A program made the translations under genes and the position numbers. The notes beneath the pieces are model-generated. The model worked only from the letters and a program-made list of their open reading frames with translations, was not told the origin of the DNA and ran no database searches. Shown here one piece after another: positions 57,429 to 64,000 of a stretch of 64,000 nt of DNA. The DNA is from Minisyncoccia bacterium (GTDB lineage: Bacteria > Patescibacteriota > Minisyncoccia > SW-4-49-11), in the NCBI GenBank assembly GCA_044341565.1, contig JBIIRM010000002.1:1812-65811 (forward strand), written 5' to 3'. The stretch's first letter is position 1, and every line of letters starts with the position of its first letter.

Positions 57429-59144
57429 ATGCAATTAGATTTAAAAAAAACATTTGAATTGTTGAAAAATGAATTTCCTGATAAATTTAAGTCAATAGCT
57501 TCTTTTGATACTATAACAGAATCAGAAATTAAAGCCTTTCTCGAGAAAAATTTTACGGAAAAAGAATTAATAACAGTAAATGCTCAAATTTTGGGATTAG
57601 AATTTATAGATTTAGAGAATATTAGTATACCAAAAGAATTATATGATATTTTACCGGTTAATATTATGCAAAGATATACCTTAATTCCTTTTGCACAAGA
57701 AAATAATACTATTTCTATCGCTATTGCTGACCCACAAAATTATACTGCTATACAAGCTCTTAAGTTTATTTTTCAAGAAAAAAAATTATCTTTTGAGTTA
57801 TTGGTCGCAATAGAATCAGATATTAAACGAACTCTCAAAAGAACAGGAACTTTAAAAAATGCAGTTACAGAAAATCTTGAGGAATTTCATCAAAAAAATG
57901 AAGCAGAACAAATACTCCCAGATACCACAGGTATTACAACAGAAAATTTAGAAAGTGCTCCTATTATCAAAATTGTATCTGTTATTATTAGAAATGCCGT
58001 AGAAGGGGGAGCATCAGATATACATATTGAAGGAACTGATGAATCGGTACGGGTAAGATTTCGTGTGGATGGAGTATTACATACTAGTTTGATTTTACCA
58101 AAAGAAGCCTATTCTCCCGTTGTTGCTCGTATTAAAATTTTATCAAATCTCAAAATTGATGAGCAAAGAAAGCCCCAGGATGGAAGATTTTCTATTTTAG
58201 ATAAAGATAAAAAAGTAGATTTTCGTGTATCGACTTTCCCTACCCAATATGGAGAAAAGGTAGTATTGAGAATTTTAGATACTTCGAACGGTATTAGATC
58301 ATTAGAGCAATTAGGATTTATTGGTCCTCGAGTAAACTTGATTCAAGAAGCAATCAAAAAACCATTTGGTATGCTTCTATTAACAGGACCAACGGGATCT
58401 GGTAAATCAACTACAGTTTATACTCTGTTATCACAAATTAATACGGATGATATTAATATTGTGACATTAGAGGATCCAATAGAATACTATTTATCTGGAG
58501 TTAATCAGTCTCAGGTAAAGCCAGAAATAAATTACACCTTTGCTTCTGGACTTAGATCAATTTTGAGGCAGGATCCAGATGTTATTATGGTAGGAGAAAT
58601 CCGAGATGGTGAAACCGCAGGGCTTGCGGTACAATCAGCTTTAACGGGGCATATTGTGTTCTCAACTCTACATACTAATGATGCTCCAGGAGCATTACCT
58701 CGGCTTATTGATATGGGGGTAGAGCCATTTTTGTTATCTGCCTCACTACAAATAGTTATTGCACAGCGATTAGTAAGAAAATTATGTGAGGAATGTAAAC
58801 AAGCAGTTCCCTTAGATGGAAAAGAAAGAGAATATATACAAGAGTCTTTGACTACATTAACTCCCGAATATATCAAAGAAGTATATAATGGTAATTATGA
58901 TACATTATACACGCCTGTGGGCTGTGCCAAATGCTCGGGTGGATTCAAAGGAAGAATGGCAATTTTTGAGGTAGTGGTAATGACAGAGGAATTACAAGCA
59001 ATTGTAGAAAAAAAATTCAATGAAAATGAGGTTTCTGAATATCTTCGAGCCCATGATTATGTTACCCTAAAACAAGATGGTATATTAAAGGTATTGCAGG
59101 GATATCTTTCTCTCCCAGAGTTATTAACAACTATAGAGATATAG
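57429..59144 (+). CDS. pilB: Type IV pilus assembly ATPase PilB (GspE family)
   Basis: The start is taken at MQLDLKK; the track ORF starts at 57396. Walker A LLLTGPTGSGKSTT. Asp and His boxes. A C-terminal tetra-Cys Zn motif (CEECKQ...CAKC). Confidence 0.9.
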   Translation: MQLDLKKTFELLKNEFPDKFKSIASFDTITESEIKAFLEKNFTEKELITVNAQILGLEFIDLENISIPKELYDILPVNIMQRYTLIPFAQENNTISIAIADPQNYTAIQALKFIFQEKKLSFELLVAIESDIKRTLKRTGTLKNAVTENLEEFHQKNEAEQILPDTTGITTENLESAPIIKIVSVIIRNAVEGGASDIHIEGTDESVRVRFRVDGVLHTSLILPKEAYSPVVARIKILSNLKIDEQRKPQDGRFSILDKDKKVDFRVSTFPTQYGEKVVLRILDTSNGIRSLEQLGFIGPRVNLIQEAIKKPFGMLLLTGPTGSGKSTTVYTLLSQINTDDINIVTLEDPIEYYLSGVNQSQVKPEINYTFASGLRSILRQDPDVIMVGEIRDGETAGLAVQSALTGHIVFSTLHTNDAPGALPRLIDMGVEPFLLSASLQIVIAQRLVRKLCEECKQAVPLDGKEREYIQESLTTLTPEYIKEVYNGNYDTLYTPVGCAKCSGGFKGRMAIFEVVVMTEELQAIVEKKFNENEVSEYLRAHDYVTLKQDGILKVLQGYLSLPELLTTIEI

Positions 59145-59201
59145 GCAAAATAATAAAGATATGATATTATTAATACAAAATAAGAGTAAATAAACATATA
59201 T

Positions 59202-59582
59202 ATGAAGAATCACATATTATTGATTGAGGATGATAGTTTCATTACACAAATGTATGCTACAAAAATTGATGAATTAGGTTTTAATGTATTTACCGCCTCT
59301 AATCAACCTGAGGTAAAGGATATTCTTGCTAAAAATGGAAAACAAATTAGTTTAATTCTTCTTGACCTTATACTTCCTGATGTGAGTGGATTTGATATAT
59401 TGCAATGGATAAAAAAGCAAGCTAATCTTAAAGATATTCCTGTAGTTGTCTTGAGTAATTTATCTTCTCAGGCTGATATTAATCAAGCTTTTGAGCTTGG
59501 GGCAGTTGATTATATTGTAAAATCAAATTATACTCCTACTGAGGTAATGCGTACGGTACAAAAGTATTTACCAACATCTTAA
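59202..59582 (+). CDS. Single-domain response-regulator receiver (PilH/CheY-like)
   Basis: ILLIEDD...LLDLILPDVSGFD...VVVLS...KS receiver motifs and no output domain. It is embedded between pilB and pilT. Confidence 0.75.
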   Translation: MKNHILLIEDDSFITQMYATKIDELGFNVFTASNQPEVKDILAKNGKQISLILLDLILPDVSGFDILQWIKKQANLKDIPVVVLSNLSSQADINQAFELGAVDYIVKSNYTPTEVMRTVQKYLPTS

Positions 59583-59592
59583 ACACAGATAT

Positions 59593-60666
59593 ATGTCAAT
59601 CGATTTAAAACCAATAATAACACAAATAGTAAATATCAAAGGATCAGATATTCATCTTACTACGGGGAGTAAACCAGTACTTAGAATTAAGAATAGATTA
59701 ATTCCTCTTGAAGATCAGCCGGTATTAACTAAGGAGGTTCTTGATGAATTCTTAAAATCTATTTTACGAGAAGATCAAGTAATAGCCTTATATGCTGGTG
59801 AGGAACAAGATTTTGCCTATACATTCCCTGAATCAAATGCTCGATTCCGTGTAAATGCTTTTATTGCTCAAGCTAATCCTAATCTGGTAATGAGATATTT
59901 ACCATCTGAGATTTTAACCTTTGAGCAATTGGGGCTTCCCTCTGTTATGCATCAATTCTCTCAATTAATACAAGGATTTGTGCTTGTTACCGGGCCAACA
60001 GGTTCGGGTAAATCTACTACATTAGCATCAGTGATTAATGAGATTAATCATACCCGAGATGTAAAAATTGTTACTATTGAAGATCCAATTGAATTTATTT
60101 ATACTTCAGATAAAAGTATTATTACTCAAAGAGAAGTAGGTTATGATACTAAAAGTTTTACCAATGCACTTCAATCATCTTTTCGTCAGGATATAGATGT
60201 TATTCTTTTAGGGGAAATGAGAGATTTGGATACTGTTCAAGTTGCAGTAACTGCAGCTGAGACAGGGCATCTTGTTTTTTCAACACTTCATACCAATAGT
60301 GCTGCCCAGTCCATTGACCGTATTATTGATACCTTCCCTGTTCATCAACAAGGACAGGTAAGATCTCAATTATCTACATCTCTACAAGCTGTTGTCTCAC
60401 AGAGACTTATACCTACTATTAAAGGAGATTTAACTCCAGCTCTTGAAATCCTATTAGCTAATAATGCGGTAAAAAGTCTTATTCGAGAAAATCGAATTTA
60501 TCAATTGGACACTGTTATTGAAACTCATCGTAAAGAAGGTATGATATCTATGAATTTATCATTATTTGATCTTATTCGCACAGGAATTGTATCATTCGAA
60601 ACGGCTTTATTATATTCCCCTGACCCCATTAGTTTGAGGAATATGCTAAAACGATCAACATTATAA
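59593..60666 (+). CDS. pilT: Twitching-motility (retraction) ATPase PilT
   Basis: Walker A VLVTGPTGSGKSTT, with GHLVFSTLHTNSA and AIRNLIRE-like (AVKSLIRE) motifs. Confidence 0.9.
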   Translation: MSIDLKPIITQIVNIKGSDIHLTTGSKPVLRIKNRLIPLEDQPVLTKEVLDEFLKSILREDQVIALYAGEEQDFAYTFPESNARFRVNAFIAQANPNLVMRYLPSEILTFEQLGLPSVMHQFSQLIQGFVLVTGPTGSGKSTTLASVINEINHTRDVKIVTIEDPIEFIYTSDKSIITQREVGYDTKSFTNALQSSFRQDIDVILLGEMRDLDTVQVAVTAAETGHLVFSTLHTNSAAQSIDRIIDTFPVHQQGQVRSQLSTSLQAVVSQRLIPTIKGDLTPALEILLANNAVKSLIRENRIYQLDTVIETHRKEGMISMNLSLFDLIRTGIVSFETALLYSPDPISLRNMLKRSTL

Positions 60667-60676
60667 TACATAATAT

Positions 60677-61894
60677 ATGGCAAAATTTAGTTATTTAGCA
60701 AAATCACAAGATGGGAAATCAAGACAAGGATTTATCAATGCTGTTAATGAGGATATTGCTTTAACAGATTTACAATCTAAGGGACTTATTGTTATTTCTC
60801 TGAAAAATACTAATAGTCAATCTTTATTTAAACAAGATTTAGAAATATTTAATAGGGTATCAGAAAGAGAATTAGTAATATTTTCTCGTATAATGGCAAC
60901 ATTTTTAGAAGTACAAATTCCTTTAATTGAAGCCCTCTCACTAATAAGACAGCAGAATAAGAAGAATAAATACTTTATATCAATACTCGATCAATTAATA
61001 GCAGATGTTCAAGATGGTAATTTATTATCTGAGGCAATGGCGAAGCATCCAAAAGTATTCAGCCAATTATATGTTGCTATGACGCGTTCTGGGGAGGCTG
61101 CAGGAGGATTACAAGAATCTCTCTTATATATGGCGGATTATCTTGAGGGGCAATATGATTTGAATAATAAAATTAAGGGAGCTTTAGCATATCCGGTATT
61201 TGTATTATTAGTGTTTTTTATTATTGGACTTGGTATCGCATATTTTGTCCTACCACAATTAGTACAAGTTCTTAATGATTTAGGGACAGATGTGCAATTA
61301 CCTTGGACTACACAACTTATTATATTGGGTTCTAAGCTATTACAACAATTTATAGGAGTTATAGTAGGAGGACTTATACTCTTTGTGGGAGGATTTATAC
61401 TCTTTCTTCGTACAGAGGGGGGTACAAGATGGGCTGATAAATGGAAATTAAAATTGCCACTTTTTGGAGCATTATTTGTAAAATTATATGTAACTCGTTT
61501 CTCTTCCAATATGAACACTCTATTACAGGGAGGAGTTCCTATTCTTACAGCTCTTGAAATTAGTTCAATGGTAGTGGGTAATATTGTATTCAAAAATATT
61601 ATTCAGGACGCTATTAATACTATGAAGGATGGTGGAGAATTATCCAAGGCACTGCTACAGCATAAGGAATTCCCATACGTGGCATCTCAAATTATATCGG
61701 TAGGAGAGAAAACGGGAAAAATGAATTCTGTATTAAAAACATTATCACGATTTTATAAAACAGAAGTAGATAATGTCGTAGCTAATTTAACAGTATTATT
61801 GGAGCCAGTTATGATAGTAGTACTGGGAATAGGAGTTGCAATATTTGTAGTATCTATATTGCTTCCTATTTACAATATAGCAGGTTCAATTTAA
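60677..61894 (+). CDS. pilC: Type IV pilus inner-membrane platform protein PilC (GspF family)
   Basis: Two T2SSF domains and three transmembrane segments. 405 aa. Confidence 0.85.
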   Translation: MAKFSYLAKSQDGKSRQGFINAVNEDIALTDLQSKGLIVISLKNTNSQSLFKQDLEIFNRVSERELVIFSRIMATFLEVQIPLIEALSLIRQQNKKNKYFISILDQLIADVQDGNLLSEAMAKHPKVFSQLYVAMTRSGEAAGGLQESLLYMADYLEGQYDLNNKIKGALAYPVFVLLVFFIIGLGIAYFVLPQLVQVLNDLGTDVQLPWTTQLIILGSKLLQQFIGVIVGGLILFVGGFILFLRTEGGTRWADKWKLKLPLFGALFVKLYVTRFSSNMNTLLQGGVPILTALEISSMVVGNIVFKNIIQDAINTMKDGGELSKALLQHKEFPYVASQIISVGEKTGKMNSVLKTLSRFYKTEVDNVVANLTVLLEPVMIVVLGIGVAIFVVSILLPIYNIAGSI

Positions 61895-61937
61895 TATATA
61901 TATATATGAAATATATACAGAAGGGGGGTGTAAACAA

Positions 61938-62354
61938 ATGAAACAGTTAAAAAAAGGATTTACACTTATTGAGCTTTTGGTTGTTATTGCTATTATTGGT
62001 ATTTTAGCAGCTATTGTACTTGTCAATGTATCTCAAGCTCGTCAAAAAGCTAGAGCAGCTGCTATTCTTGCGGCTTTGGGCCAGGTTAGAACATATATGG
62101 AGTTAAATGTCAATGCAAATGGTAGTTATCCAGCAGTATCAACTTTAACTAGTATTGCACAAAGCGTTGCAAATAGCCAAGGAACTACATTAACAGGAAG
62201 TGGTGCAAACTCAGCAACTTATCGAGCTTATACAACCCCTAGTAGTACTGGGGCTTGGGGCGCTGGTATTACAGCTATATGTGTGGATAGTACCGGTACT
62301 AGTAAAACGTATACCACGACATTTACTCCGGGAACTGCAGACACTTGTCCATAA
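61938..62354 (+). CDS. pilA: Major type IV pilin (PilA-like)
   Basis: [31 protein letters not shown] prepilin motif with E5, then an Ala/Thr/Ser-rich C-domain with a C-terminal Cys pair (CVDS...TCP). Confidence 0.8.
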   Translation: MKQLKKGFTLIELLVVIAIIGILAAIVLVNVSQARQKARAAAILAALGQVRTYMELNVNANGSYPAVSTLTSIAQSVANSQGTTLTGSGANSATYRAYTTPSSTGAWGAGITAICVDSTGTSKTYTTTFTPGTADTCP

Positions 62355-62445
62355 TTCAAATTACTTTGTATAGATAAGAGATTGTTTAATCTTTTATCTA
62401 TCAAAATAATTGGAATATATTGTGTATAAAGATAAATAGAATAAT

Positions 62446-63276
62446 ATGGATGCAATATATTATATATTAGGAATAATATTTACTTTAGGTTTGGGTATAG
62501 GAAGTTTTTTGAATGTGGTATTATTCAGGATGACTACTGAGAAAAAGTTCTGGAATGGTAGATCAGAATGTATGAGTTGTCATCATACTCTTGAATGGTA
62601 TGAGCTGATACCATTATTCTCTTATATTATACAGAGAGGTAGATGTAGAGAATGTCAAGTAAAGCTATCTCTGCAATACCCTTTGGTTGAATTATTAACA
62701 GCGATACTGTTTACAGGATTTGCTTATTTGTATATTCCGGATTTAATATCTCTGTATAGTTTTACCCCTATACAATATATACGAGGGCTTATTATATATA
62801 TTCTTATAACTCAACTTATTATTGTCTTTGTATATGATTTGCAGTATCAATTAATTTCCGTAATTCAGCTAAGAGCCATACAAATATTAGGGTTAATATA
62901 TTTTGGTATAGACTATTATCAAGCTCGTATTATGCCAGATTCTCTTATTACCGCTTTATTAAGTGCTGGTATTGTATTATTCTTGTATATTATTACCAAA
63001 AAGCAAGGTATAGGTTGGGGGGATGTGGAATTATTTGCGGGATTGGGATTATTTATCCCCTTAATGTGGTTTGTCCCATTTTTCTTTGGGTCATTTGTAA
63101 TAGGAATGATATGGGGAATACTAGTAATGATTATGAATCGCAATTCTTCTCTGAAGCAAAAAATTGCTTTTGGACCAAGTATTATACTTTCATTTGTAAT
63201 AATATATACCTTAATTCAAGTACAGCTTGTACCAAGTACTAATATATGGTATTATTGGATTATATATAATATATAA
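62446..63276 (+). CDS. pilD: Prepilin peptidase (A24 family)
   Basis: N-terminal Zn motif CMSCHHTLEWYELIPL...RGRCRECQ and a catalytic GWGDVELFAGLG segment. Confidence 0.85.
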   Translation: MDAIYYILGIIFTLGLGIGSFLNVVLFRMTTEKKFWNGRSECMSCHHTLEWYELIPLFSYIIQRGRCRECQVKLSLQYPLVELLTAILFTGFAYLYIPDLISLYSFTPIQYIRGLIIYILITQLIIVFVYDLQYQLISVIQLRAIQILGLIYFGIDYYQARIMPDSLITALLSAGIVLFLYIITKKQGIGWGDVELFAGLGLFIPLMWFVPFFFGSFVIGMIWGILVMIMNRNSSLKQKIAFGPSIILSFVIIYTLIQVQLVPSTNIWYYWIIYNI

Positions 63277-63278
63277 AA

Positions 63279-63764
63279 ATGAAAAAAGGATTTACATTAG
63301 CAGAATTAATCGTATCCATCTCCATTATCACCCTATTATCTGTTATTGGTGTACAGACTTATGTTACTGCTCAGCGTAGCGCACAATTAAAGTCAGATGT
63401 AATAACAGTGACTTCTGCTATTAGACAAGCTCAGAATAGAGCTTTATCTCCTTCTCGAAGTGATTTAACTGGAATAGGAATTGATGATGAGCTTTGTGCT
63501 ATGGGGGTGGAGGTAATTGCACCAAAGACAATTAAAAGTTATTATGTTGTGAAGCCATGTAGTACTACTACTCCCACTTATTATGGTACAGACATAGTAT
63601 TACAAAGTGCTACATTGAAGTCAGGAGGGAAATTTGAATTCAGATTACCTTTTGCTAATAATAGATCCACAGCACAATCAATACAATTAGAATTGCCAGG
63701 ATCAGGAGTGGTGGAAAAAACAATCACTGTTACAAAAGATTCTGGATTAATTAAGGTTGAATAA
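63279..63764 (+). CDS. Minor pilin / pseudopilin
   Basis: MKKG/FTLAELIVSISIITLLSVIGV. Confidence 0.65.
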   Translation: MKKGFTLAELIVSISIITLLSVIGVQTYVTAQRSAQLKSDVITVTSAIRQAQNRALSPSRSDLTGIGIDDELCAMGVEVIAPKTIKSYYVVKPCSTTTPTYYGTDIVLQSATLKSGGKFEFRLPFANNRSTAQSIQLELPGSGVVEKTITVTKDSGLIKVE

Positions 63765-63765
63765 A

Positions 63766-64000
63766 ATGAAAAGAGGAGCAACATTAGTAGGAGCAATAGT
63801 AGCAACAATGATATTGTCAATTTCCTTTATAGCAATTTTAGATTTACAGGCAGGTATTATTAAAGCTCAATCTAATAACCAATATGACAATACTGCTAAT
63901 TTATTAATGTCAGAGGGCTTAGAAATAGTAAGAGCCATATATCAAAGTAATCTCAATGATACAGGTACATGGAATAAAGGATTGGCAGATGGTACATATG
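63766..64000 (+). CDS. Minor pilin / pseudopilin (PilV/W-like); the 3' end runs off the window end
   Basis: MKRGATLVGAIVATMILSISFIAIL, a prepilin-like N-terminus with Gly in place of Glu5. Confidence 0.45.
   Translation, partial: MKRGATLVGAIVATMILSISFIAILDLQAGIIKAQSNNQYDNTANLLMSEGLEIVRAIYQSNLNDTGTWNKGLADGTY

Noticed and set aside
1-64000. CRISPR arrays, transposases, integrases, toxin-antitoxin pairs
   Set aside because: No regularly spaced short direct repeats, no DDE or tyrosine-recombinase motifs, and no small adjacent toxin/antitoxin-like ORF pairs were seen. The only mobility-like signal is the promoter-bearing direct repeat around 6864-9017.

Overview
Low-GC (roughly one-third GC by eye) bacterial chromosomal window, compact and almost entirely coding. 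The gene content looks like a small-genome, CPR-like or otherwise Gram-positive-type lineage, although the window alone does not prove this. It includes tandem RNase J paralogs, a DUF4012 protein, many type IV pilus genes and no secretin. The housekeeping backbone includes korAB (2-oxoacid:ferredoxin oxidoreductase), a WecB/TagA-family glycosyltransferase, rpmF, nusB, rnc, uppP, tpiA, an OmpR/histidine-kinase pair and znuABC. It also carries rpmB, acyP, rplI, pyrG, rpsP, two rnj, recO, tgt, gltX, an M23 peptidase, ftsB-like, tRNA-Gln, rplY, prmC-prfA-rpmE, a Wzz/Wzy/glycosyltransferase surface-polysaccharide cluster, recG, tRNA-Arg, trmD, a KH protein and comF. A full pilus locus runs pilM-N-O-B-(CheY-like)-T-C-A-D plus pseudopilins to the window end.

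Five things stand out. First, a sharply bounded ~2.7 kb island (44813-47528) holds three tandem genes at roughly 55-60% GC. All three encode signal-peptide proteins, and the last has an outer-membrane-beta-barrel-like C-terminus ending in ...RFGF. Each of the three has its own AT-rich host-type promoter (TTGACA-N17-TGnTAnnnT) and its own GC-rich intrinsic terminator. Second, a prepilin-leader protein is fused to a delta-60-repeat beta-propeller. Its gene is bracketed by a ~43-68 bp direct repeat that carries a promoter -35 box, and it contains a perfect ~185 bp internal duplication. Third, the tgt homolog keeps its catalytic motifs but has lost the Zn-binding CxCxxC module. Fourth, a 49-nt tRNA-like acceptor/T-arm minihelix lies between rpsP and the RNase J pair. 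Fifth, one distinctive promoter architecture recurs at several loci. No CRISPR array, transposase or integrase was seen.
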